From Trypanosoma brucei (Eukaryota), in the NCBI GenBank assembly GCA_000002445.1, contig CH464491.1, positions 4,704,001 to 4,768,000 on the forward strand: a stretch of DNA of 64,000 nucleotides, in the 5' to 3' direction. A program made the position numbers and the translations under genes. Position 1 is the stretch's first letter. Each line of letters begins with the position of its first letter. Shown piece after piece: positions 1 to 11,940 of the stretch. Below the pieces are notes generated by a model, which saw only the letters and a list, made by a program, of their open reading frames with translations, was not told the origin of the DNA and did no database searches.

Positions 1-138
1 ATTATGAAGCCCACACCACCATAACCCGATCGTGGGTGGGTGGTTTTATAATGATAACTTCGTTTACCGGTGTTTTCATAGGGAGTAAAACTGTGGATGC
101 CATTTCTCTTGCTGGCTCTCTTCCCTCTGTGTCCTCCT

Positions 139-477
139 CTACCCTCGGACATTTCCCAGCATTTCTCCTTTCACTGTCATACACTTGAGGGTCCTTGGCC
201 CCGTAACCCTGGCCTCCTTAACGAAACATAACGTACTGTAGTGCCACAACTTCCCACATCGGAAGCATCGTATTGTGCAAACTCGGGGAGTCGGTTTTTG
301 AACTTTTAGGTATGCTTGATGGTATGGATCCTCGTCCCTCCTTGAGTCATGTAGTGCCTTTGCCAACGCTTCCACTCGCACCCCCGGGTGGGCTCTCGCC
401 GTTTGCAAGACTAGAAGATAAGTGTGAATCGACCTCCCGACTGTTATCCCACCTTCTGAGGGGCCTTCTGCTCCCAA
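139..477 (-). other. ORF fragment with a retroviral-type CCHC zinc knuckle (CFRCGKLWHYSTLC fits C-X2-C-X4-H-X4-C). Not a VSG. Possibly a remnant of a gag-like or nucleic-acid-binding gene cut by the window edge.
   Basis: Six-frame ORF 139..477 (-) contains the zinc-knuckle spacing. I recognised no other domain. Confidence 0.2.
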
Positions 478-1699
478 TGCAGTTATCCATGTCGCAAATC
501 GGTCCCAGACGCATTATAACCCGTAATCCGATTTTTGTGCTAACGGAAACAGTTATTTGTGTGCAACTAAAAAACTGTTCCGGTGATATTTCCGTCATGT
601 ATTCGATCTTCCCTTTAAACGTCCGTATATTTTCTTCAGAGGGAAAACCCTTGTCCACAAAGCTATTTTTTAACCGCCGAATGCCTCTGATTCCCACCTT
701 GGGGTTCCGTAATTCTGTACCGCTTGATTTCTGTACCAACTATGATTTGTATGACTCAAAAGGGAACTTTATTTCTATTCTACCTTTTCCTTTCGATCTG
801 ATTCATTCTTCACTCTCTCTTGTTCGAAAACTGGATCCGTTTTATGTGTGGCATCCGTATTTGCTAATATCTTCCAGTGGTGTAACTCAGCTGTTATCGA
901 TTCAATGACAACGTCCAACCTATTGATATGGAAGAGCATCTGTTCCATTTCCACTCTCAAAGCACAATTTTCTTGCATGAATCTTTCAACTTGCCCATTC
1001 AGTTCCATCGACTGGTTTTGCATTCTCCATCGCTCATCATTCATTTGTGCTCTTGTCATTTCGTACTGTTGGTATAAATTAGACTTATTTGCCTCTAGTG
1101 CTAGACATTCGTTACAAAACATCTATTTTCTTCGAACATAGGCAACAATTCAATGTTTTAGGGCATATTGAAGGAAACAAACGAGGTCCGTAAATCGACG
1201 AAATTTACCTGCCCATTGTCAAAAATCACTCGAAGCTCTCCATTGTCAAGCCTCACCAAACCGTCTACGTGTACCGCTGTATTTCCAAAAGGGGGACGAT
1301 AGTCGAATGAAAATGCAGTCCGACCGCACTATTCCTCAAAAGCCCTTATTTCTTTCAAACTTATTTTCCATTCGGCATCCAATATAGTTGGAGTGGTTTT
1401 CGTTAGCATCTCTCAAAACTTAGAGCGATAACTTACTTTTTAAAAAATTACTTACCTTTTTAAAAAACTGTCCTCCGTAATAGTTTTTCTTTGCATATAT
1501 AAGAAAGGAAAGAACGAATAACAAAGAAAGTGGTAAAGATGGACGATTCCTTTCGCAAGCTCCCAACATTTCAAAAATTAGAATAAATACAAATATATAC
1601 AAATTTGGTATAAAAGTGGCTTGTGGGCATAAAATAGTAGATTGATAGAGCACTAAAATAAGTGCCATTCCAATTTAATTTATTTTGTTTATTACATCG

Positions 1700-1885
1700 A
1701 TATTAGATACGGCTATAATAATAATTTTAATAACTAAATTGATAGTATAGTATTGTAAGTGTGTATATACTAATATTATAATAAGAGCAGTAATGATAGT
1801 AATAATAATAATAATGATAATGATAGGAGTGTGTTGTGACTGTGTATATACGAATAATATTGTAATATGAGTGATGGCAGAGAAA
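1700..1885 (+). repeat. VSG-associated 70-bp repeat tract, about 2 units, + orientation
   Basis: Contains GTGTGTATATACTAATATTATAATAAGAGCAGTAATGATAGTAATAATAATAATAATGATAATGATAGGAGTGTGTTGTGACTGTGTATATACGAATAATATTGTAATATGAGTGATGG. This is the canonical 70-bp repeat core plus a TRR triplet run. Confidence 0.8.
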
Positions 1886-2319
1886 ATATTTAGAAAAATA
1901 AATAGGAGCACTGAAAATAATGGCATGTGCGATTTCAAAGTGAGTGAAAAAGGGAGTAGAAGAGCTTGAGTTACATTATTAAAGCAAGCTGAAAAATGAA
2001 AGGAGAATGAGATATGGAATATGCGCGGCGTTACGCACAAACATGACTATGTGTATTATCATACACAAATAGAAGATAGAGGGATAAATAATAAAGGTAC
2101 AGAGTTCTTTGTACGGAACAACTGAGGTTTCTAATCTTTTCGCTGTGGCTGCGACGGAATACGAAAAAGGGGGAAATGAAGAAAATAGAGAGTGAAAAAT
2201 GATATGTAAAACATAAAGGTAAAATGATTGATATGTTTCCGATGGAAGCCGTTATTTAAATGAAAAAGGGACAGACTCTATCGAAGATGTGATGGAGACT
2301 GTAGTTTTTCAATCCCGTG

Positions 2320-2440
2320 GTGGATACTGATGTCCAGTTTGAAGAAGAGATTGGAAAAAGGGATTGGCCAAATGTAAAGTAGATCGAAGTCTTCTCATCA
2401 GATATATTCAATATGGCCAACAGTTTTAGCACCCAACATT
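2320..2440 (+). repeat. Conserved spacer block found about 400 bp downstream of 70-bp repeats (family with 5590-5660, 8330-8480, 11790-11940, 15040-15100, 23920-23975)
   Basis: Shared motif ...TGGATACTGATGTCCAGTTTGAAGAAGAGATTGG...AGTCTTCTCATCAGATATATTCAATATGGCCAACAG... The best-conserved copy is 11800-11940 (TTTTTAATCTGATGGAGGATCCTAATGTTCAG...ATAGTAATAATGGCTAACACTTGTGGG). Confidence 0.5.
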
Positions 2441-3287
2441 ATATTATCTGGGATAGGATTTAAAACTAAGAAATACCCGTGGATTAAACTGGAAAACAAA
2501 GGAAAAACAGAAATCTGATAACTGATTAACATAGTACATGTATGAAATGTTAGTGTAGATTAATATGATTTGTTAAAATTTTGCAACGCTGCGCCAAAAT
2601 CCTTACGAAAATACAGGTTATAGATTAATGCCATTCATAAGACTAGAAAATCATATAAGGATAAGAGCAGGCTAAGCTTTAGCGCAGGAAATAAAGGGGT
2701 CTCATAGAAACATAGATTGCAGATCGGACCAAAATTACCAAGCCTTAATAAAAAAAATGCAGCGACCACGTCAAGATGGTAAAATAAAAGCAGAGGGGTA
2801 GAGGCCCGTTTTCGAAAAGAAGAAGACAGGGATCATTTCAGAGTCGTGTAATGACCTACAAAAATTGCACAAAATAGAACAAACTAAAAGCCGCAAAGGT
2901 TGTGAGGTTAGACTAACATAGTAATATTTTTGATGGTTTGCGGTAATGAAGTGCTGGATAAGCTGGGATGAAGATGGTTGCGGTTTTATAGATAACGAGA
3001 AAATATGGCGTAGAGTTTTCAAAGTCTACTTTAACTGGAATTTTGAGTTTAAAACAACTTCAACCCGCTCAGAATCTTAAATCCATAAAATGCAGGATCA
3101 TACATCAACAAGGACTTATAAACAGAAGTAACCACAAAGACCAGTGTGGAGAACACAAAAACAGATAGGTGTAGGAATTTCAGGGGCGAACTTTAAAAAA
3201 TAAACCGGTTTCGCAATCTCTCAGTCATTCATTGCTCCAAAAGACTTTACCAGTAAGCAAGAACTACTAGGGTAGAAAAGGCAACGT

Positions 3288-4800
3288 ATGCGATCAGAAT
3301 TGCTTGGCGCAGCGGTGCTAATAACAAACTTACTCGCGGAGGCCAACAACCCAGGCCACGGACTCAATCAAGCTGCATGGTCAAAAATCTGCGGCCTCGC
3401 GACCGACCTTGGCAAAGTAAGCAACGAGGCCATGCGAAAAGTTACGACCCTCGCGAGTCTAGCTGACCGACTGGAACAAACACAACTAAGGTGCGGCATT
3501 TTCGCGATAACTTCCGAAGATGAAGAGTCAGCAAAACAGGCAAGGATACTTCAGGTCTACTTTAAAAGAAAGGCAAACGCAGCGGCTGCTCAGCTCGGTA
3601 GAGAGGCTGTAGCAGCAGCGGTTAAGGCGACGCATGCAGCCAGCTACGGACAGGGGCGCCTAACAGAATTTTTAGCGATAGCAGTTCAGACAGCCAGCAG
3701 CGGCAAAAGCTGCATATTAGACAACAGCGGTTCGCCGGTAGCTGCGGCCAAAACGCTAACGGAGCGGATGGAGCCACGTGTTCGCTGGAACTGACCGACG
3801 TGACACCTACGCAGTACGAACTCAATTTAATAGACGACAACGGCTTCAAAAATGCACTGCAGCACCAGAGCGGGTCAACAACACACCAAACACATGGTAG
3901 CAAACAGTGCCCGCTTCTAACGGCCCACGCAGCAGGGCTAGCACAAGCTGGCGCCCTAACCGCGGACGCAGAACTGGCGTTCGGCACCATAACCGTCGAC
4001 AGGACCAGCGATTCACACCTGACAATAACAGAGGTCCATAACGTCAAAACAGAAAAGACCGGAAACAAAGCAAACTGGCACAAAGTGTTTACCGCCCTGA
4101 CGGAACTCAAAAACTCGGACCCCAGCAAGAACAACAACAATACAATAACGGCAGACGATACGGACCTACAAGCAGCAGTTCTAGCCATAGCGCTACGCAA
4201 AGAAAAAACTGAGGGAAAAGACATGAAAAAAGAAGTAGAGAAACTGTTCAGTACGAACCCCGCAGACAAAGTGAACAAACTGCTCCAGACAGTGTACAGT
4301 AAAAAAGTGATAATACCCATTAACAACGGCGTAAAGGAACAAGAACTACACGAAGTAAAGGAAATGAGCAAACTCCAAGAAATTCTGGTGTTGTATGCCC
4401 AAGAAAAAGCAGATAAGCTAGTCAAGGTTACCAAGGACTTGGAAGCGGAGAGGCAAAAAACAGCAACCACCAACTTAGGGGAAACTGAATGCAACAAAAT
4501 GAAAATCGAGGCAGACTGCAATAAAACTGCGGGATGTAGTTTTAATAAAACAGAAACTAACGAAAATAAAAGTGTAAATTAGATGCCAAAAAAGCAACAG
4601 CACAGGGAGTCCCTGTAACACAAACTCAAACTGAAGGAACAACAACTGCCGGTGGTAGTGAGGAAAAGAAAAGCGAAGGCGAGCGCAAATATGATTGTAA
4701 ATTGGAGGGTAAAACATGCAGAGATTCCAGTCTTTACGTCAATAAGAAAGTTTCTCTGATGTTCTCTGCTTTTATTAGTTTAGTTGAATTAAAGTATTCT
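3288..4800 (+). pseudogene. VSG pseudogene (A-type N-terminal domain). Frameshift near 3795 and the C-terminal GPI-signal region is out of frame with no proper stop.
   Basis: ORFs 3288..3794 and 3800..4582 read as one VSG. A signal-peptide-like start is followed by an Ala-rich helical N-domain. The C-domain ...CNKTAGCSFNKTE... and ...CRDSSLYVNKKVSLMFSAFISLVEL lie in other frames. Confidence 0.7.
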
Positions 4801-5029
4801 AAAATTCTAAGAAATTCTATGAAAAGTTTTTGAAATTTATGAAATGTTTCTATCATGAAAGAATCTTTTTTCCTCTATATGTTACTTAAATTTAATGGAT
4901 TGTAACACTTTTTTATAGAAATATGAAAATAGTAAAATGTACGTGATAGTGAACTATGGGTGCAGAATAATAGGATAAAAGAGTGAGAAAAATAAGCGTT
5001 ATTGCAATTATTTTTTATTGTCTTTTTAA

Positions 5030-5235
5030 CGGATATTAGTAATTATTATAATAGTAATAGTAATAGTAATAGTAATAGTAATAGTAATAGTAATAGTAAT
5101 AGTAATAGTAATAGTAATAGTAATAGTAATAGTAATAGTAATAGTAATAGTAATAGTAATAGTAATAGGTGTGTGTTATGAAAGTGTATATATACGAATA
5201 TTATAATAAGAGCAGTAATAAAATAATAGATGGAC
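5030..5235 (+). repeat. 70-bp repeat unit whose triplet run is replaced by an expanded (AGTAAT)n hexamer tract of about 20 units (5050-5168)
   Basis: GGATATTAGTAATTATTATAATAGTAATAGTAAT...(AGTAAT)n...AGGTGTGTGTTATGAAAGTGTATATATACGAATATTATAATAAGAGCAGTAATAAAATAATAG. Confidence 0.8.
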
Positions 5236-5982
5236 ACTCAAAATACAAGCACTAAAAGCAGTGGAAAGTGCTCAATGGGAGTATGTGTGTAGGAGGGAAA
5301 GAGAGAGCATGTGGACGGGACCTGAAATATGCGCAGCTTGATGCACAAACATTAGGATGGAAATAACCATACACAAAGAGATGGTGGGGTCGTGAATCCT
5401 GATTGAGACAGAAGACAGTGGACGAGGAAAATGGATCAGATATGTTATCCACAGAAGCAGACGAAGAAGAAAGCAGAGGATAAGTATGGGTCAAATCGAC
5501 TGATTGCGTGACAGTACAGAAGAAAATGATAAAAGAGGAAATTTTGCGCGGTATTTCACGCCATAGTGGATAGATTATGTTCAAGAAACGGTGGTTACCA
5601 TGGTATTTAATCTTATGGCGGATCTTGATGCGAAGATTTCAAATTGGTAAGACAATGCTGCTTCATTGAGTGCGTATTGAATTTTCATGTTATAAACCAA
5701 ACCGACGAACACAGAGAGGGAAAAATTTAATAGTGTGGGATGGGGATTAATTAGGGTATCTGCACCACCGGTAAATAATAGATTTATAGAAGTGAAGGTA
5801 GAGGCTAGCAGGGGGAAGAGAATGACAAACTTCCAACGTAACTACTATCACAAGAAACTACGTCCACAACGTCCTAGTGATGGCGCGTTACTGCTATCTT
5901 ACAACTATTAAAACGGTTCATGACCTTTCACGGCCGGGAACACCGGCACAGCTTAAAGTTTAATAAGCTCAAGGCTTAACAT

Positions 5983-7541
5983 TTGAAGATGCAACCGGAA
6001 GCGGCGCACAAGCACAGCCGGATAGCAGTGGCGGCGTTGCTCTGTATGTTTTGTTACCAGCATACAGCGACAGCAGCGCGATTCAACGCCGTGGCCGGCG
6101 ACTTAAGTACTGGGACATCGACAACATGCCAGCTGAAGACTGTGCTAGGGAAAATAGCAACGCATTATCGCAGCAAGACTGCCAGTGCCGAGAGCACAGC
6201 ACTTCAAGCGAGAAAGATCCTCAGAACTCTGCCTGTCGCCGCAGAAGCAGCTTCAGAAGACGACAAAAAAAGATACTGCGCTTTAGCGGCTTACGTCCAA
6301 GCAAAGGAAGCGGAAGCACAAAAAGCATACAACACTTATAAAGCAGCAACTGACTCAGGAACAGAGATCCTTGGAAGTCACGCCCATTTTCTCGAAGGTC
6401 AAGCAAGGTTAGCCGCGGTGAAACTTGCGCCGACAACTTCGGCTGCCAACAGCGGCGGCAGCAAAAGAGACACACCAATAAGTCTGTCAACGCTACCTAA
6501 AACAAAAAGTGCCTGCACCGAAGCCGTAGAAATCACTGAAACACAGCTGCAGGCCTAGCTAACTGACGAGAAAACAAAGAGGTTTCCCAATATACAAGTA
6601 TCCGAAGATACAACTACAGTGACAACAAAACCAGGCAGGGCGAACATCTGCCACGAAGGATCGAACGGCAGCGAATGCCCCAGCGGCGGCGGGGCACAAA
6701 ACAATGTATACGTAGCAGCGGGGACACTAACGAAAGAAAGCGCCACGGCACTCAATGTAGATGGCACAACAGGTAAGTTCAGAGACGCCTCTGACAAAAC
6801 ACCAGGCGAAGAGACCGACACGGAGAAAGCGCAGAAAGCAAGTCAGGCGATCAGGGATCTTATAGCGGCTCAAGCGCCGCGCCCGACCCCGCTTACCCTA
6901 GACGATGGAGCCGCAATAACAAAGAGCAACGGATTCCGCTCGGCTGTCAAACGGTGCTTCAAAGCGGCAAAGGAGGCGTATAGCGCACCTAAGGAAAAGG
7001 AGGTAATAGACGCACTCATAACCACCAACTACGGAAAAGACGGCGCGGATATCGCAAAAATCTCTGGCCACAAGCGAAAGAAGTGCCAATACCAAAGGAT
7101 GTAATAGGTGCGGCAGCTGACATCACCGCGGAAAATCTTCTTGACGACAGCCAGCTAATCCAAGCTCTCACATATTACAAGGGATTGCAGTTGGTGGCAA
7201 TAGAAAGTGCCCAGAACAAGCAGAGCAGTGCCAACACCACCACAACAGCTTGTGCAACCAAGTTAACCCGAGGTGAATGCACCAATAACGGGTGCAAATG
7301 GGAAGAAAAAGATGGAAAAGGGGAATGCGAACATAAAGAGGGGGACGAGCAAAAAACAGAAGGAAAGACACCAAATGAGAAGGGCAAGAAGTGGTCAGAC
7401 AAGACAAAGCAAGAAGATTTCAAATCTCCAGATTGTAAGTGGGATAGCAAATTGTGTAAATATTCCAGTTTTTACATCAATAATACATTTTCTATGATTT
7501 CTTTCTACTTTAATGGAGATAATAGCATTTTATTATTCTAA
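5983..7541 (+). pseudogene. VSG pseudogene. N-terminal signal peptide present, with a stop or frameshift after 6558 and again near 7090.
   Basis: ORFs 5983..6558, 6619..7104 and 7083..7541 are consecutive VSG segments. The C-terminus reads ...CKWEEKDGKGECEHKEG...SPDCKWDSKLCKYSSFYINNTFSMISFYFNGDNSILLF (GPI signal). Confidence 0.75.
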
Positions 7542-7749
7542 GAATTCTAAGTACTTTCCCTCAAATTTATGAGTTTTATGAAAATTTTATACTTTGACAT
7601 ATTTCAAAACTTTTTAATGAAAATGTGCATATTAGTTAAATGTGCATCACAGAGATCTACGGCTGTAACATAACAGGATAACAGGATAACAGGTTATGAA
7701 AAACGAGAGCAGGTCTAATTTTGTTTATTTTAAGGATATTATCCAGCGT

Positions 7750-7945
7750 TATGGTTATAATAGTGAAAATTATAATAATGAGGACAATAGTTGTAGGAGT
7801 TTGTTGTGTGTGTGTACACACTAATATTATAATAAGAGATGTAATAATAATGATAATAATAATAATAATGATAATAATGATAATGATAATAATAGGAGAG
7901 TGTTGTGAGTGTGTATATACGAATATTATAACAGTAGTGATAAAA
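7750..7945 (+). repeat. 70-bp repeat tract, about 2-3 units
   Basis: ...GGAGTTTGTTGTGTGTGTGTACACACTAATATTATAATAAGAGATGTAATAATAATGATAATAATAATAATAATGATAATAATGATAATGATAATAATAGGAGAGTGTTGTGAGTGTGTATATACGAATATTATAACAG. Confidence 0.85.
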
Positions 7946-8329
7946 AAGACCGAATAAGGTGGGAAAATAGAACCAATGACAAAAAATATAGTGGTGTAAT
8001 AAGAATAAGTCAGTGAGCTGGAGTGAGTTTGATTGAGTGAGTATGAGTAAGTGAGAAGTGGAATATGCTGAGTTTCAAACATAATGATTGCCATGAATAT
8101 CTACAGGAAGGATTGTTCAACGAGGAAGGGCGGAAGTCCAGTGTACAAGGCAAATGGAGTCGCTGCGCTATCCTTAAAAATAGTGACATAAAATAGAAAA
8201 GTAGTAGTAGAAACATAGAGGGAACTAACTGAACAAAAGCAAGCGCAACAGGAAAGAAAATGACGCATGATAAGCTAATATGTTCCTTATTTCACCTAAA
8301 AATGGAAGGATAATACATTGAAAATATTG

Positions 8330-8480
8330 GTGGGTGTGCTTATTAGTCTGATGGCCGCTCCTAATATTCAGCTATAAAGAGGAATAAAATCCAGATACAA
8401 AAGGAAAAGATTGGGTAAGTGTGAGGTAATATCGCAGTTTTTCCAATCAGATATAGTGATAATGGTTGATATTTGTGAGC
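8330..8480 (+). repeat. Conserved post-70-bp spacer block (see 2320-2440)
   Basis: TTAGTCTGATGGCCGCTCCTAATATTCAGCTATAAAGAGGAATAAAATCCAG...GATTGGGTAAGTGTGAGGTAATATCGCAGTTTTTCCAATCAGATATAGTGATAATGGTTGATATTTGTGAG is a close paralogue of 11800-11940. Confidence 0.55.
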
Positions 8481-9539
8481 CCTGATATTGTATTGTCTGG
8501 AGAAGGGTTTCCAACTAGAAATAATTATGTATTTCAGCGGACTGTAAGAGAAGATTAAAGACGCGGAAGATGCTTATAATAACACATATACAGTCATGCA
8601 TATTATATCTATTAAATTGGGGAAATTAACAGTGACACTCCTCCACTGCCATATTGATATACGGCTAATAAAGTGGCAGCGGTTAAAGGGCGACTGATTC
8701 AAATAAGAATAAGTGATAATGTATCCCTACTAATACACGTTAGGCGTGCACAAAAGAATGAGAATTAAGTTTGCATCAAAATTACAAAATATTAAGTGCA
8801 GAGACCTGAGAACACCCAGTATGTAAAGAAGGAATGAAAGACAAAAATTGTTTGTGAAATGAAGCAACACCACCTGACCATAAAAGCAGCATACAATACA
8901 GGAGTGCAACCAAATAAAAATGGTAAATGAGCAGTAGATTTGAATATTCATGCATATAAATGTGTTCTTTTTTAAAAAATATAATCACACGCAAGGAACT
9001 GCGGCTGAATTAAATAGAAACGATATATAGATATATAGATACATAAAGCTGAGACCTGGTATTAAAATGCAAATTAGGCCCCTAAATTACGCAACCGTTC
9101 GTAAAAATTCACAGAATAAACAAAATGAACGGCGCAAATATTAAGCAGCTCAGCCCACCATCTTGGCGGAGGGAATAACAGAAACAGGAAAACGGCGTCT
9201 AAAGTGATCAGGTCATCGTAAAAACACATAAGCCGAAATGAAAACAAGTATACTTTCCTGGCGTCGCTAGCGGCATTCAAATGAGAGGCTCATTGACACG
9301 GTCAAGAGCGGAAACGACACAAACACCAACAGCGCCAAGTCTCACCTATAATAGCACCGAAAATTCACTATAAAGAAGACCTCAAAAATACGCACGAAGA
9401 TACGTGCGGTGCAAGCTCCGTCAGATATCCAAAAGCAGCTCGATAGTAGCGTCCCATAACAACCATACAACCTTTTCCACTGCCTTTAAAACTAACTTAA
9501 TGAAGAACTAACCTAAGTAAGCAAGCGAAACAGACAGCC

Positions 9540-11030
9540 GGCCAATTCTCACATTAATTGTAGCATCTGCGCTTATAATAAACCACAATAGCAGAATAGC
9601 TGCGGCAGCAGCACAGGGAGCAGTGCACCTCACAGCACTAACATAACTTTGCAAAACAGCCAAAGCTGGAAAAACTGTGGCGGCTTTGCTAACAAACAGA
9701 ATATCCAAGATGACAGGTTGGGAAGCAGAATATAGTCTTTTTTTCCAAAAAATAGCGACCGTGCAGGTCATGGAAATGCAGCCTTCAACGTAACTAGCGG
9801 CACTCAAAGAATTCGCGAACAAGACCCTCAGCGCCATCGAATCGGAGTTAGAGGAGCTTGAAAAAGAAGCTCCAGGAACCAGAAGCAAAACAGCATACGC
9901 AGCGGGCCTAATTGACGATTTCGTATCTATTTTCACAAGCACCGGAGACAGCACAGGTACCAACAACGTCTACATAATTAAGGGCGGCAGCGACGATACG
10001 AAAGTCGAGGATTCCGATCTCGGTGATTGTTTCGCCAAACCAATTAGAGCCAAAACAACAAATGACAAACTATCAACTCTGGAAAAAGATAGCTTTAACT
10101 TCGGAAACAAGCAAGCGTTGAAGGGAACCAAGACGTGCAAACTAACTAGCAGCGACGGCGGCGGCTATTCGGGCGGAACAGTCGGACGACTGAAACCAGC
10201 AAGCTGGGGCGGCGGTGTACTTACACTAACTCACACAGGCAGCGAAGCAACACTAAAAACGGAAAAAAGCGGCCTAGCAGCACACGAAGAAGCAAGGAAA
10301 TCAGCCGCCACAATCAAAAGCAAAATCAAAACCGACGAAAACAATCCTGTAACAACCACACAAGACCTGAAAGCGCTACTAATAGCATACTCGGCAGACA
10401 AAACAATCCTAACTACAATAAAGATAGCAACTAACAAGCTAAAGGACAAAGGCTATACACCAACTCGCACAGACGTCGAAAGGATATTCGGCTTCAACGG
10501 CAAACACGAGAATGTACCCTTCATCAAAATCCTGGATAAATACAAGGTACCGATACAAGAGAGCTCGCAAACAAAGCAAACAGAAGTCATGAAACTGACG
10601 GCAACCCAAATTGCAGAAGGCAAAAGATAACCACTGGGCCAATACCAGCAACTCGTCGCCAAAGCGCAGGTTGAAAAAGTCTGCGAGAGCACAGACAAGA
10701 AAACAGCAGAGGATACTTGCAATAAGATCACGGATACAAGCGAACGCAACAACAAGCCTTAGTGCAGTTATAACGAAAGCACAGCTGAGTGTGACAAAAA
10801 GTGCAAATTTAATGAAAAAACCTCAAAAAGCGGAGTGCCTGCAACGCAACATCAAACAGGAGGGACTGAAACAACATCAGAAAATGCAAAGGGAAACCAG
10901 AGAAAGATTGCAAATCTCCGGATTGTAAGTGGGAAGTAAAAGAGTGCAAATATTCCATTTTTTGTCAATAAGAAACTTTCTTTAATGGCTGCTGCTTTTA
11001 TGAGTTTTGTGGCATTTTAGCATTCTAAGG
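9540..11030 (+). pseudogene. VSG pseudogene. No signal peptide and several stops in the N-domain. The middle is open (ORF 10118..10630) and the C-terminus is degenerate.
   Basis: The + frame from about 9540 reads Ala-rich VSG N-domain text with internal stops. The C-terminus reads ...DCKSPDCKWEVKECKYSIFCQ*ETFFNGCCFYEFCGIL. Confidence 0.65.
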
Positions 11031-11111
11031 GGTTGTGCTCAATTATATGAAAATTATGAAAATTTTCTATTTTGAGAGAACTTTATAAATTTGCTACACT
11101 TTGATATGTTT

Positions 11112-11127
11112 TGACACTTTTGGAAAA
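11112..11127 (+). promoter_or_regulatory. VSG 3'UTR 16-mer variant (TGATATGTTTTGACAC)
   Basis: It lies about 90 nt past the VSG stop. It matches the conserved VSG 3'UTR 16-mer TGATATATTTTAACAC at 14 of 16 positions. Confidence 0.55.
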
Positions 11128-11259
11128 GTGTAAATTTTTAAAATACGAATTTTTGTATGATGGTGGCTTATGGGTGAAAAGTAGAAAAGCAACAGGGTGA
11201 CAGGGTATAAAAAATAAGTGATATTCCAATTTTCTTTATTGATTATTTTGTTTATTTCA

Positions 11260-11350
11260 TGGATATTAGTAATTAAAATAATAGATATAATGACAATAAT
11301 AATGATTATAAGAGAGTGTTGTGAGTTTGTGTATACTAATATTATGTTAA
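11260..11350 (+). repeat. 70-bp repeat, single unit
   Basis: GGATATTAGTAATTAAAATAATAGATATAATGACAATAATAATGATTATAAGAGAGTGTTGTGAGTTTGTGTATACTAATATTATGTTAAG. Confidence 0.75.
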
Positions 11351-11789
11351 GATTTCTTCTGAAGACAAAACAGACAACGAAAGATAGAAGTGCCTAAGAT
11401 ACTGGCACCAGTGCAGTTGGAGTAGGTGAGTAAGGAAGTCGGAATGCGAAAGCGCGAGTAATATTATGAATAAGCAACGTAAAAAGGAAATACATGGAGG
11501 AAAATGAAATATGCAGAGCTTCGTCCACAAATATGAACCTGATAATCTTTATAAACTATAATGTAATGAAGGAACACTAAGGGTGAGCCGTAGTCAAGTG
11601 CACATGCGTAATAGAGTCAGTATGTAACCCGTATGGATTAAAAAAGTTGTCGGAGAAGAGGGAAAGAAAATGTAAGATGAAACAACAAAATGTGAAATAA
11701 TATATCAGTAAAAAAAGAAGTATGAGTCAATGATGCCTAGTGTTTTATTTAAAAATGGATAGATAGCACAGCGTAGATTATTTTTGTGG

Positions 11790-11940
11790 CTGTGGTTTTT
11801 AATCTGATGGAGGATCCTAATGTTCAGAGGTAAAGAAGAAAGAGGACGTACGGATTGGGTGAGTGTGATGTATTGTCAAAGTCTTCTGTTCTTCATATAT
11901 AGTAATAATGGCTAACACTTGTGGGAAACATTATAATATT
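11790..11940 (+). repeat. Conserved post-70-bp spacer block (see 2320-2440)
   Basis: GTGGCTGTGGTTTTTAATCTGATGGAGGATCCTAATGTTCAGAGGTAAAGAAGAAAGAGGACGTACGGATTGGGTGAGTGTGATGTATTGTCAAAGTCTTCTGTTCTTCATATATAGTAATAATGGCTAACACTTGTGGG. Confidence 0.55.

Noticed and set aside
1675..2040. ORFs encoding poly-Ile or poly-Leu runs (1675..2040 -, 5046..5237 -, 7657..8094 -, 7721..7957 +, 14530..14715 +, 20500..20754 -)
   Set aside because: They are translations of the 70-bp repeats and their TAA/AGTAAT runs.
3622..4521. Long ORFs antisense to VSGs (3622..4521 -, 13584..14003 -, 21883..22518 -, 53625..54422 +, 50738..51340 +, 62660..63253 +, and others)
   Set aside because: They lie entirely inside VSG genes on the opposite strand and encode low-complexity Ser/Leu/Cys-rich text. 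They are compositional artefacts of GCN/GCA-rich VSG codons, not genes.
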